This document shows, piece after piece, positions 24,759-39,700 of a stretch of 64,000 nucleotides of DNA (positions are counted from its first letter, which is position 1; each line of letters starts with the position of its first letter). The DNA comes from Auanema rhodensis (taxonomy: Eukaryota; Animalia; Nematoda), in NCBI GenBank assembly GCA_964057225.1, contig OZ059895.1, positions 3,844,001 through 3,908,000 of the forward strand, read 5' to 3'. The notes under the pieces were generated by a model. That model was not told the DNA's origin, did no database searches, and saw only the letters and a list, made by a program, of their open reading frames with translations. The position numbers were made by a program, and so were the translations under genes.

Positions 24759-27700
24759 CCTTAAATAATGAACTGACCGACTAATCAGACATGGATCTTT
24801 CCAAGTTCTGTTGCTTGAACGGATGTTTTCCTACGTAGGCTAGTAAAACATGCCCTTCAAAGCATCAGAACATGTGACCACATTCCAATTTTTTTGTATC
24901 TATCTTGTAAAGATAGTAATATATCATATGTTGAACACTATGTTGGAAAGATTTTAATTCAGATTTTTTCAACTTTCACTCAGTTTGTTTTCTAAACTTT
25001 GATTGAGAACCTTGAGTTTTGTACACCCATAAATTATACGCAGCACAGGTTACCTTTAAATAATGAACTGACCGACTAATCAGACATGGATCTTTCCTAG
25101 TTCTGTTGCTTGAATGGATGTTTTCCTACGTAGGCTAGTAAAACATGCCCTTCAAAGCATCAGAACATGTGATCACATTCCAATTTTTTTGTATCTATCT
25201 TGTAAAGATAGTAATAAACTTTGATTTTTGTACACCCATAAATTATACGCAGCACAGGTTACCCTTAAATAATGAACTGACCGACTAATCAGACATGGAT
25301 CTTTCCAAGTTCTGTTGCTTGAACGGATGTTTTCCTACGTAGGCTAGTAAAACATGCCCTTCAAAGCATCAGAACATGTGACCACATTCCAATTTTTTTG
25401 TATCTATCTTGTAAAGATAGTAATATATCATATGTTGAACACTATGTTGGAAAGATTTTAATTCAGATTTTTTCAACTTTCACTCAGTTTGTTTTCTAAA
25501 CTTTGATTGAGAACCTTGAGTTTTGTACACCCATAAATTATACGCAGCACAGGTTACCCTTAAATAATGAACTGACCGACTAATCAGACATGGATCTTCC
25601 CAAGTTCTGTTGCTTGAATGGATGTTTTCCTACGTAGGCTAGTAAAACATGCCTTTCAAAGCATCAGAACATGTGATCACATTCCAATTTTTTTGTATCT
25701 ATCTTGTAAAAATAGTAATAAACTTTGATTTTTGTACACCCATAAATTATACGCAGCACAGGTTACCCTTAAATAATGAACTGACCGACTAATCAGACAT
25801 GGATCTTTCCAAGTTCTGTTGCTTGAACGGATGTTTTCCTACGTAGGCTAGTAAAACATGCCCTTCAAAGCATCAGAACATGTGACCACATTCCAATTTT
25901 TTTGTATCTATCTTGTAAAGATAGTAATATATCATATGTTGAACACTAAGTTGGAAAGATTTTAATTCAGATTTTTTCAACTTTCACTCAGTTTGTTTTC
26001 TAAACTTTGATTAAGAACCTTGTTGTTTGTACACCCATAAAATATACGCAGCACAGGTTACCCTTAAATAATGAACTGACCGACTAATCAGACATGGATC
26101 TTTCCTAGTTCTGTTGCTTGAATGGATGTTTTCCTACGTAGGCTAGTAAAACATGCCCTTCAAAGCATCAGAACATGTGATCACATTCCAATTTTTTTGT
26201 ATCTATCTTGTAAAGATAGTAATAAACTTTGATTTTTGTACACCCATAAATTATACGCAGCACAGGTTACCCTTAAATAATGAACTGACCGACTAATCAG
26301 ACATGGATCTTTCCAAGTTCTGTTGCTTGAACGGATGTTTTCCTACGTAGGCTAGTAAAACATGCCCTTCAAAGCATCAGAACATGTGACCACATTCCAA
26401 TTTTTTTGTATCTATCTTGTAAAGATAGTAATATATCATATGTTGAACACTAAGTTGGAAAGATTTTAATTCAGATTTTTTCAACTTTCACTCAGTTTGT
26501 TTTCTAAACTTTGATTAAGAACCTTGTTGTTTGTACACCCATAAAATATACGCAGCACAGGTTACCCTTAAATAATGAACTGACCGACTAATCAGACATG
26601 GATCTTTCCTAGTTCTGTTGCTTGAATGGATGTTTTCCTACGTAGGCTAGTAAAACATGCCCTTCAAAGCATCAGAACATGTGATCACATTCCAATTTTT
26701 TTGTATCTATCTTGTAAAGATAGTAATAAACTTTGATTTTTGTACACCCATAAATTATACGCAGCACAGGTTACCCTTAAATAATGAACTGACCGACTAA
26801 TCAGACATGGATCTTTCCAAGTTCTGTTGCTTGAACGGATGTTTTCCTACGTAGGCTAGTAAAACATGCCCTTCAAAGCATCAGAACATGTGACCACATT
26901 CCAATTTTTTTGTATCTATCTTGTAAAGATAGTAATATATCATATGTTGAACACTATGTTGGAAAGATTTTAATTCAGATTTTTTCAACTTTCACTCAGT
27001 TTGTTTTCTAAACTTTGATTGAGAACCTTGAGTTTTGTACACCCATAAATTATACGCAGCACAGGTTACCCTTAAATAATGAACTGACCGACTAATCAGA
27101 CATGGATCTTCCCAAGTTCTGTTGCTTGAATGGATGTTTTCCTACGTAGGCTAGTAAAACATGCCCTTCAAAGCATCAGAACATGTGATCACATTCCAAT
27201 TTTTTTGTATCTATCTTGTAAAGATAGTTATAAACTTTGATTTTTGTACACCCATAAATTATACGCAGCACAGGTTACCCTTAAATAATGAACTGACCGA
27301 CTAATCAGACATGGATCTTTCCTAGTTCTGTTGCTTGAATGGATGTTTTCCAACGTAGGCTAGTAAAACATGCCCTTCAAAGCATCAGAACATGTGATCA
27401 CATTCCAATTTTTTTGTATCTATCTTGTAAAGATAGTAATAAACTTTGATTTTTGTACACCCATAAATTATACGCAGCACAGGTTACCCTTAAATAATGA
27501 ACTGACCGACTAATCAGACATGGATCTTTCCTAGTTCTGTTGCTTGAATGGATGTTTTCCTACGTAGGCTAGTAAAACATGCCCTTCAAAGCATCAGAAC
27601 ATGTGACCACATTCCAATTTTTTTGTATCTATCTTGTAAAGATAGTAATATATCTTATGTTGAACACTAAGTTGGAAAGATTTTAATTCAGATTTTTTCA

Positions 27701-30700
27701 ACTTTCACTCAGTTTGTTTTCTAAACTTTGATTAAGAACCTTGTTGTTTGTACACCCATAAAATATACGCAGCACAGGTTACCCTTAAATAATGAACTGA
27801 CCGACTAATCAGACATGGATCTTTCCTAGTTCTGTTGCTTGAATGGATGTTTTCCTACGTAGGCTAGTAAAACATGCCCTTCAAAGCATCAGAACATGTG
27901 ATCACATTCCAATTTTTTTGTATCTATCTTGTAAAGATAGTAATAAACTTTGATTTTTGTACACCCATAAATTATACGCAGCACAGGTTACCCTTAGATA
28001 ATGAACTGACCGACTAATCAGACATGGATCTTTCCAAGTTCTGTTGCTTGAACGGATGTTTTCCTACGTAGGCTAGTAAAACATGCCCTTCAAAGCATCA
28101 GAACATGTGACCACATTCCAATTTTTTTGTATCTATCTTGTAAAGATAGTAATATATCATATGTTGAACACTAAGTTGGAAAGATTTTAATTCAGATTTT
28201 TTCAACTTTCACTCAGTTTGTTTTCTAAACTTTGATTGAGAACCTTGAGTTTTGTACACCCATAAATTATACGCAGCACAGGTTACCCTTAAATAATGAA
28301 CTGACCGACTAATCAGACATGGATCTTCCCAAGTTCTGTTGCTTGAATGGATGTTTTCCTACGTAGGCTAGTAAAACATGCCCTTCAAAGCATCAGAACA
28401 TGTGATCACATTCCAATTTTTTTGTATCTATCTTGTAAAGATAGTTATAAACTTTGATTTTTGTACACCCATAAATTATACGCAGCACAGGTTACCCTTA
28501 AATAATGAACTGACCGACTAATCAGACATGGATCTTTCCTAGTTCTGTTGCTTGAATGGATGTTTTCCAACGTAGGCTAGTAAAACATGCCCTTCAAAGC
28601 ATCAGAACATGTGATCACATTCCAATTTTTTTGTATCTATCTTGTAAAGATAGTAATAAACTTTGATTTTTGTACACCCATAAATTATACGCAGCACAGG
28701 TTACCCTTAAATAATGAACTGACCGACTAATCAGACATGGATCTTTCCTAGTTCTGTTGCTTGAATGGATGTTTTCCTACGTAGGCTAGTAAAACATGCC
28801 CTTCAAAGCATCAGAACATGTGACCACATTCCAATTTTTTTGTATCTATCTTGTAAAGATAGTAATATATCTTATGTTGAACACTAAGTTGGAAAGATTT
28901 TAATTCAGATTTTTTCAACTTTCACTCAGTTTGTTTTCTAAACTTTGATTAAGAACCTTGTTGTTTGTACACCCATAAAATATACGCAGCACAGGTTACC
29001 CTTAAATAATGAACTGACCGACTAATCAGACATGGATCTTTCCTAGTTCTGTTGCTTGAATGGATGTTTTCCTACGTAGGCTAGTAAAACATGCCCTTCA
29101 AAGCATCAGAACATGTGATCACATTCCAATTTTTTTGTATCTATCTTGTAAAGATAGTAATAAACTTTGATTTTTGTACACCCATAAATTATACGCAGCA
29201 CAGGTTACCCTTAAATAATGAACTGACCGACTAATCAGACATGGATCTTTCCAAGTTCTGTTGCTTGAACGGATGTTTTCCTACGTAGGCTAGTAAAACA
29301 TGCCCTTCAAAGCATCAGAACATGTGACCACATTCCAATTTTTTTGTATCTATCTTGTAAAGATAGTAATATATCATATGTTGAACACTAAGTTGGAAAG
29401 ATTTTAATTCAGATTTTTTCAACTTTCACTCAGTTTGTTTTCTAAACTTTGATTAAGAACCTTGTTGTTTGTACACCCATAAAATATACGCAGCACAGGT
29501 TACCCTTAAATAATGAACTGACCGACTAATCAGACATGGATCTTTCCTAGTTCTGTTGCTTGAATGGATGTTTTCCTACGTAGGCTAGTAAAACATGCCC
29601 TTCAAAGCATCAGAACATGTGATCACATTCCAATTTTTTTGTATCTATCTTGTAAAGATAGTAATAAACTTTGATTTTTGTACACCCATAAATTATACGC
29701 AGCACAGGTTACCCTTAAATAATGAACTGACCGACTAATCAGACATGGATCTTTCCAAGTTCTGTTGCTTGAACGGATGTTTTCCTACGTAGGCTAGTAA
29801 AACATGCCCTTCAAAGCATCAGAACATGTGACCACATTCCAATTTTTTTGTATCTATCTTGTAAAGATAGTAATATATCATATGTTGAACACTAAGTTGG
29901 AAAGATTTTAATTCAGATTTTTTCAACTTTCACTCAGTTTGTTTTCTAAACTTTGATTAAGAACCTTGTTGTTTGTACACCCATAAAATATACGCAGCAC
30001 AGGTTACCCTTAAATAATGAACTGACCGACTAATCAGACATGGATCTTCCCAAGTTCTGTTGCTTGAATGGATGTTTTCCTACGTAGGCTAGTAAAACAT
30101 GCCCTTCAAAGCATCAGAACATGTGATCACATTCCAATTTTTTTGTATCTATCTTGTAAAGATAGTAATAAACTTTGATTTTTGTACACCCATAAATTAT
30201 ACGCAGCACAGGTTACCCTTAAATAATGAACTGACCGACTAATCAGACATGGATCTTTCCAAGTTCTGTTGCTTGAACGGATGTTTTCCTACGTAGGCTA
30301 GTAAAACATGCCCTTCAAAGCATCAGAACATGTGACCACATTCCAATTTTTTTGTATCTATCTTGTAAAGATAGTAATATATCATATGTTGAACACTATG
30401 TTGGAAAGATTTTAATTCAGATTTTTTCAACTTTCACTCAGTTTGTTTTCTAAACTTTGATTGAGAACCTTGAGTTTTGTACACCCATAAATTATACGCA
30501 GCACAGGTTACCCTTAAATAATGAACTGACCGACTAATCAGACATGGATCTTCCCAAGTTCTGTTGCTTGAATGGATGTTTTCCTACGTAGGCTAGTAAA
30601 ACATGCCCTTCAAAGCATCAGAACATGTGATCACATTCCAATTTTTTTGTATCTATCTTGTAAAGATAGTAATAAACTTTGATTTTTGTACACCCATAAA

Positions 30701-33700
30701 TTATACGCAGCACAGGTTACCCTTAAATAATGAACTGACCGACTAATCAGACATGGATCTTTCCTAGTTCTGTTGCTTGAATGGATGTTTTCCAACGTAG
30801 GCTAGTAAAACATGCCCTTCAAAGCATCAGAACATGTGATCACATTCCAATATTTTTGTATCTATCTTGTAAAGATAGTAATATATCATATGTTGAACAC
30901 TATGTTGGAAAGATTTTAATTCAGATTTTTTCAACTTTCACTCAGTTTGTTTTCTAAACTTTGATTAAGAACCTTGTTGTTTGTACACCCATAAAATATA
31001 CGCAGCACAGGTTACCCTTAAATAATGAACTGACCGACTAATCAGACATGGATCTTTCCTAGTTCTGTTGCTTGAATGGATGTTTTCCTACGTAGGCTAG
31101 TAAAACATGCCCTTCAAAGCATCAGAACATGTGATCACATTCCAATTTTTTTGTATCTATCTTGTAAAGATAGTAATAAACTTTGATTTTTGTACACCCA
31201 TAAATTATACGCAGCACAGGTTACCCTTAAATAATGAACTGACCGACTAATCAGACATGGATCTTTCCAAGTTCTGTTGCTTGAACGGATGTTTTCCTAC
31301 GTAGGCTAGTAAAACATGCCCTTCAAAGCATCAGAACATGTGACCACATTCCAATTTTTTTGTATCTATCTTGTAAAGATAGTAATATATCATATGTTGA
31401 ACACTAAGTTGGAAAGATTTTAATTCAGATTTTTTCAACTTTCACTCAGTTTGTTTTCTAAACTTTGATTAAGAACCTTGTTGTTTGTACACCCATAAAA
31501 TATACGCAGCACAGGTTACCCTTAAATAATGAACTGACCGACTAATCAGACATGGATCTTTCCTAGTTCTGTTGCTTGAATGGATGTTTTCCTACGTAGG
31601 CTAGTAAAACATGCCCTTCAAAGCATCAGAACATGTGATCACATTCCAATTTTTTTGTATCTATCTTGTAAAGATAGTAATAAACTTTGATTTTTGTACA
31701 CCCATAAATTATACGCAGCACAGGTTACCCTTAAATAATGAACTGACCGACTAATCAGACATGGATCTTTCCAAGTTCTGTTGCTTGAACGGATGTTTTC
31801 CTACGTAGGCTAGTAAAACATGCCCTTCAAAGCATCAGAACATGTGACCACATTCCAATTTTTTTGTATCTATCTTGTAAAGATAGTAATATATCATATG
31901 TTGAACACTAAGTTGGAAAGATTTTAATTCAGATTTTTTCAACTTTCACTCAGTTTGTTTTCTAAACTTTGATTAAGAACCTTGTTGTTTGTACACCCAT
32001 AAAATATACGCAGCACAGGTTACCCTTAAATAATGAACTGACCGACTAATCAGACATGGATCTTCCCAAGTTCTGTTGCTTGAATGGATGTTTTCCTACG
32101 TAGGCTAGTAAAACATGCCCTTCAAAGCATCAGAACATGTGATCACATTCCAATTTTTTTGTATCTATCTTGTAAAGATAGTAATAAACTTTGATTTTTG
32201 TACACCCATAAATTATACGCAGCACAGGTTACCCTTAAATAATGAACTGACCGACTAATCAGACATGGATCTTTCCAAGTTCTGTTGCTTGAACGGATGT
32301 TTTCCTACGTAGGCTAGTAAAACATGCCCTTCAAAGCATCAGAACATGTGACCACATTCCAATTTTTTTGTATCTATCTTGTAAAGATAGTAATATATCA
32401 TATGTTGAACACTATGTTGGAAAGATTTTAATTCAGATTTTTTCAACTTTCACTCAGTTTGTTTTCTAAACTTTGATTGAGAACCTTGAGTTTTGTACAC
32501 CCATAAATTATACGCAGCACAGGTTACCCTTAAATAATGAACTGACCGACTAATCAGACATGGATCTTCCCAAGTTCTGTTGCTTGAATGGATGTTTTCC
32601 TACGTAGGCTAGTAAAACATGCCCTTCAAAGCATCAGAACATGTGATCACATTCCAATTTTTTTGTATCTATCTTGTAAAGATAGTAATAAACTTTGATT
32701 TTTGTACACCCATAAATTATACGCAGCACAGGTTACCCTTAAATAATGAACTGACCGACTAATCAGACATGGATCTTTCCTAGTTCTGTTGCTTGAATGG
32801 ATGTTTTCCAACGTAGGCTAGTAAAACATGCCCTTCAAAGCATCAGAACATGTGATCACATTCCAATTTTTTTGTATCTATCTTGTAAAGATAGTAATAA
32901 ACTTTGATTTTTGTACACCCATAAATTATACGCAGCACAGGTTACCCTTAAATAATGAACTGACCGACTAATCAGACATGGATCTTTCCTAGTTCTGTTG
33001 CTTGAATGGATGTTTTCCAACGTAGGCTAGTAAAACATGCCCTTCAAAGCATCAGAACATGTGATCACATTCCAATTTTTTTGTATCTATCTTGTAAAGA
33101 TAGTAATAAACTTTGATTTTTGTACACCCATAAATTATACGCAGCACAGGTTACCCTTAAATAATGAACTGACCGACTAATCAGACATGGATCTTCCCAA
33201 GTTCTGTTGCTTGAATGGATGTTTTCCTACGTAGGCTAGTAAAACATGCCCTTCAAAGCATCAGAACATGTGATCACATTCCAATTTTTTTGTATCTATC
33301 TTGTAAAGATAGTTATAAACTTTGATTTTTGTACACCCATAAATTATACGCAGCACAGGTTACCCTTAAATAATGAACTGACCGACTAATCAGACATGGA
33401 TCTTTCCTAGTTCTGTTGCTTGAATGGATGTTTTCCAACGTAGGCTAGTAAAACATGCCCTTCAAAGCATCAGAACATGTGATCACATTCCAATTTTTTT
33501 GTATCTATCTTGTAAAGATAGTAATAAACTTTGATTTTTGTACACCCATAAATTATACGCAGCACAGGTTACCCTTAAATAATGAACTGACCGACTAATC
33601 AGACATGGATCTTTCCTAGTTCTGTTGCTTGAATGGATGTTTTCCTACGTAGGCTAGTAAAACATGCCCTTCAAAGCATCAGAACATGTGACCACATTCC

Positions 33701-36700
33701 AATTTTTTTGTATCTATCTTGTAAAGATAGTAATATATCTTATGTTGAACACTAAGTTGGAAAGATTTTAATTCAGATTTTTTCAACTTTCACTCAGTTT
33801 GTTTTCTAAACTTTGATTAAGAACCTTGTTGTTTGTACACCCATAAAATATGCGCAGCACAGGTTACCCTTAAATAATGAACTGACCGACTAATCAGACA
33901 TGGATCTTTCCTAGTTCTGTTGCTTGAATGGATGTTTTCCTACGTAGGCTAGTAAAACATGCCCTTCAAAGCATCAGAACATGTGATCACATTCCAATTT
34001 TTTTGTATCTATCTTGTAAAGATAGTAATAAACTTTGATTTTTGTACACCCATAAATTATACGCAGCACAGGTTACCCTTAAATAATGAACTGACCGACT
34101 AATCAGACATGGATCTTTCCAAGTTCTGTTGCTTGAACGGATGTTTTCCTACGTAGGCTAGTAAAACATGCCCTTCAAAGCATCAGAACATGTGACCACA
34201 TTCCAATTTTTTTGTATCTATCTTGTAAAGATAGTAATATATCATATGTTGAACACTAAGTTGGAAAGATTTTAATTCAGATTTTTTCAACTTTCACTCA
34301 GTTTGTTTTCTAAACTTTGATTAAGAACCTTGTTGTTTGTACACCCATAAAATATACGCAGCACAGGTTACCCTTAAATAATGAACTGACCGACTAATCA
34401 GACATGGATCTTTCCAAGTTCTGTTGCTTGAACGGATGTTTTCCTACGTAGGCTAGTAAAACATGCCCTTCAAAGCATCAGAACATGTGACCACATTCCA
34501 ATTTTTTTGTATCTATCTTGTAAAGATAGTAATATATCATATGTTGAACACTAAGTTGGAAAGATTTTAATTCAGATTTTTTCAACTTTCACTCAGTTTG
34601 TTTTCTAAACTTTGATTAAGAACCTTGTTGTTTGTACACCCATAAAATATACGCAGCACAGGTTACCCTTAAATAATGAACTGACCGACTAATCAGACAT
34701 GGATCTTCCCAAGTTCTGTTGCTTGAATGGATGTTTTCCTACGTAGGCTAGTAAAACATGCCCTTCAAAGCATCAGAACATGTGATCACATTCCAATTTT
34801 TTTGTATCTATCTTGTAAAGATAGTAATAAACTTTGATTTTTGTACACCCATAAATTATACGCAGCACAGGTTACCCTTAAATAATGAACTGACCGACTA
34901 ATCAGACATGGATCTTTCCTAGTTCTGTTGCTTGAATGGATGTTTTCCAACGTAGGCTAGTAAAACATGCCCTTCAAAGCATCAGAACATGTGATCACAT
35001 TCCAATTTTTTTGTATCTATCTTGTAAAGATAGTAATAAACTTTGATTTTTGTACACCCATAAATTATACGCAGCACAGGTTACCCTTAAATAAAGAACT
35101 GACCGACTAATCAGACATGGATCTTTCCTAGTTCTGTTGCTTGAATGGATGTTTTCCAACGTAGGCTAGTAAAACATGCCCTTCAAAGCATCAGAACATG
35201 TGATCACATTCCAATTTTTTTGTATCTATCTTGTAAAGATAGTAATAAACTTTGATTTTTGTACACCCATAAATTATACGCAGCACAGGTTACCCTTAAA
35301 TAATGAACTGACCGACTAATCAGACATGGATCTTTCCTAGTTCTGTTGCTTGAATGGATGTTTTCCTACGTAGGCTAGTAAAACATGCCCTTCAAAGCAT
35401 CAGAACATGTGATCACATTCCAATTTTTTTGTATCTATCTTGTAAAGATAGTAATATATCATATGTTGAACACTATGTTGGAAAGATTTTAATTCAGATT
35501 TTCTAACTTTTAATCAGTTTGTTTTTTAAACTTTGATTAAGAACTTTGATTTTTGTACACCCATAAATTATACGCAGCACAGGTTACCCTTAAATAATGA
35601 ACTGACCAACTAATCAGACATGGTTCTTTCCTAGTTCTGTTGCTTGAATGGATGTTTTCCTACGTAGGCTAGTAAAACATGCCCTTCAAAGCATCAGAAC
35701 ATGTGATCACATTCCAATTTTTTTGTATCTATCTTGTAAAGATAGTAATAAACTTTGATTTTTGTACACCCATAAATTATACGCAGCACAGGTTACCCTT
35801 AAATAATGAACTGACCGACTAATCAGACATGGATCTTTCCAAGTTCTGTTGCTTGAACGGATGTTTTCCTACGTAGGCTAGTAAAACATGCCCTTCAAAG
35901 CATCAGAACATGTGACCACATTCCAATTTTTTTGTATCTATCTTGTAAAGATAGTAATAAACTTTGATTTTTGTACACCCATAAATTATACGCAGCACAG
36001 GTTACCCTTAAATAATGAACTGACCGACTAATCAGACATGGATCTTTCCTAGTTCTGTTGCTTGAATGGATGTTTTCCAACGTAGGCTAGTAAAACATGC
36101 CCTTCAAAGCATCAGAACATGTGATCACATTCCAATTTTTTTGTATCTATCTTGTAAAGATAGTAATAAACTTTGATTTTTGTACACCCATAAATTATAC
36201 GCAGCACAGGTTACCCTTAAATAATGAACTGACCGACTAATCAGACATGGATCTTTCCTAGTTCTGTTGCTTGAATGGATGTTTTCCAACGTAGGCTAGT
36301 AAAACATGCCCTTCAAAGCATCAGAACATGTGATCACATTCCAATTTTTTTGTATCTATCTTGTAAAGATAGTAATAAACTTTGATTTTTGTACACCCAT
36401 AAATTATACGCAGCACAGGTTACCCTTAAATAATGAACTGACCGACTAATCAGACATGGATCTTTCCTAGTTCTGTTGCTTGAATGGATGTTTTCCTACG
36501 TAGGCTAGTAAAACATGCCCTTCAAAGCATCAGAACATGTGATCACATTCCAATTTTTTTGTATCTATCTTGTAAAGATAGTAATATATCATATGTTGAA
36601 CACTATGTTGGAAAGATTTTAATTCAGATTTTCTAACTTTTAATCAGTTTGTTTTTTAAACTTTGATTAAGAACTTTGATTTTTGTACACCCATAAATTA

Positions 36701-39700
36701 TACGCAGCACAGGTTACCCTTAAATAATGAACTGACCAACTAATCAGACATGGTTCTTTCCTAGTTCTGTTGCTTGAATGGATGTTTTCCTACGTAGGCT
36801 AGTAAAACATGCCCTTCAAAGCATCAGAACATGTGATCACATTCCAATTTTTTTGTATCTATCTTGTAAAGATAGTAATAAACTTTGATTTTTGTACACC
36901 CATAAATTATACGCAGCACAGGTTACCCTTAAATAATGAACTGACCGACTAATCAGACATGGATCTTTCCAAGTTCTGTTGCTTGAACGGATGTTTTCCT
37001 ACGTAGGCTAGTAAAACATGCCCTTCAAAGCATCAGAACATGTGACCACATTCCAATTTTTTTGTATCTATCTTGTAAAGATAGTAATAAACTTTGATTT
37101 TTGTACACCCATAAATTATACGCAGCACAGGTTACCCTTAAATAATGAACTGACCGACTAATCAGACATGGATCTTTCCTAGTTCTGTTGCTTGAATGGA
37201 TGTTTTCCAACGTAGGCTAGTAAAACATGCCCTTCAAAGCATCAGAACATGTGATCACATTCCAATTTTTTTGTATCTATCTTGTAAAGATAGTAATATA
37301 TCATATGTTGAACACTATGTTGGAAAGATTTTAATTCAGATTTTTTCAACTTTCACTCAGTTTGTTTTCTAAACTTTGATTAAGAACCTTGTTGTTTGTA
37401 CACCCATAAAATATACGCAGCACAGGTTACCCTTAAATAATGAACTGACCGACTAATCAGACATGGATCTTCCCAAGTTCTGTTGCTTGAATGGATGTTT
37501 TCCTACGTAGGCTAGTAAAACATGCCCTTCAAAGCATCAGAACATGTGATCACATTCCAATTTTTTTGTATCTATCTTGTAAAGATAGTAATATATCATA
37601 TGTTGAACACTATTTTGGAAAGATTTTAATTCAGATTTTCTAACTTTTATTCAGTTTGTTTTTTAAACTTTGATTAAGAACTTTGATTTTTGTACACCCA
37701 TAAATTATACGCAGCACAGGTTACCCTTAAATAATGAACTGACCGACTAATCAGACATGGATCTTTCCTAGTTCTGTTGCTTGAACGGATGTTTTCCTAC
37801 GTAGGCTAGTAAAACATGCCCTTCAAAGCATCAGAACATGTGATCACATTCCAATTTTTTTGTATCTATCTTGTAAAGATAGTAATATATCATATGTTGA
37901 ACACTATGTTGGAAAGATTTTAATTCAGATTTTCTAACTTTTATTCAGTTTGTTTTTTAAACTTTGATTAAGAACTTTGATTTTTGTACACCCATAAATT
38001 ATACGCAGCACAGGTTACCCTTAAATAATGAACTGACCGACTAATCAGACATGGATCTTTCCTAGTTCTGTTGCTTGAATGGATGTTTTCCTACGTAGGC
38101 TAGTAAAACATGCCTTTCAAAGCATCAGAACATGTGATCAAATTCCAATTTTTTTGTATCTATCTTGTAAAGATAGTAATATATCATATGTTGAACACTA
38201 TGTTGGAAAGATTTTCATTCAGATTTTTTAATTTTTATTCAGTTTGTTTTTTAAACTTTGATTAAGAACTTTGATTTTTGTACACCCATAAATTATACGC
38301 AGCACAGGTTACCCTTAAATAATGAACTGACCGACTAATCAGACATGGATCTTTCCTAGTTCTGTTGCTTGAATGGATGTTTTCCTACGTAGGCTAGTAA
38401 AACATGCCCTTCAAAGCATCAGAACATGTGATCACATTCCAATTTTTTTGTATCTATCTTGTAAAGATAGTAATAAACTTTGATTTTTGTACACCCATAA
38501 ATTATACGCAGCACAGGTTTCTCTTAAATAATGAACTGACCGACTAATCAGACATGGATCTTTCCTAGTTCTGTTGCTTGAATGGATGTTTTCCTACGTA
38601 GGCTAGTAAAACATGCCCTTCAAAGCATCAGAACATGTGATCACATTCCAATTTTTTTGTATCTATCTTGTAAAGATAGTAATAAACTTTGATTTTTGTA
38701 CACCCATAAATTATACGCAGCACAGGTTACCCTTAAATAATGAACTGACCGACTAATCAGACATGGATCTTTCCAAGTTCTGTTGCTTGAACGGATGTTT
38801 TCCTACGTAGGCTAGTAAAACATGCCCTTCAAAGCATCAGAACATGTGACCACATTCCAATTTTTTTGTATCTATCTTGTAAAGATAGTAATATATCATA
38901 TGTTGAACACTATGTTGGAAAGATTTTAATTCAGATTTTTTCAACTTTCACTCAGTTTGTTTTCTAAACTTTGATTAAGAACTTTGATTTTTGTACACCC
39001 ATAAATTATACGCAGCACAGGTTACCCTTAAATAATGAACTGACCGACTAATCAGACATGGATCTTTCCAAGTTCTGTTGCTTGAACGGATGTTTTCCTA
39101 CGTAGGCAAGTAAAACATGCCCTTCAAAGCATCAGAACATGTGACCACATTCCAATTTTTTTGTATCTATCTTGTAAAGATAGTAATATATCATATGTTG
39201 AACACTATGTTGGAAAGATTTTAATTCAGATTTTTTCAACTTTCACTCAGTTTGTTTTCTAAACTTTGATTAAGAACCTTGTTGTTTGTACACCCATAAA
39301 ATATACGCAGCACAGGTTACCCTTAAATAATGAACTGACCGACTAATCAGACATGGATCTTTCCTAGTTCTATTGCTTGAATGGATGTTTTCCTACGTAG
39401 GCTAGTAAAACATGCCTTTCAAAGCATCAGAACATGTGATCAAATTCCAATTTTTTTGTATCTATCTTGTAAAAATAGTAATAAACTTTGATTTTTGTAC
39501 ACCCATAAATTATACGCAGCACAGGTTACCCTTAAATAATGAACTGACCGACTAATCAGACATGGATCTTCCCAAGTTCTGTTGCTTGAATGGATGTTTT
39601 CCTACGTAGGCTAGTAAAACATGCCTTTCAAAGCATCAGAACATGTGATCACATTCCAATTTTTTTGTATCTATCTTGTAAAAATAGTAATAAACTTTGA

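Noticed and set aside
35895-36080. 61-aa minus-strand ORF (also at 37025-37210 and 48355-48540)
   Set aside because: It appears only where an S monomer with GTGACCAC (which removes a TGA) precedes a monomer with CCAACG (which creates a TTG start) and TTTCCTA. Its copies simply follow the 1130-bp and 11330-bp duplications, and there is no recognisable protein motif.
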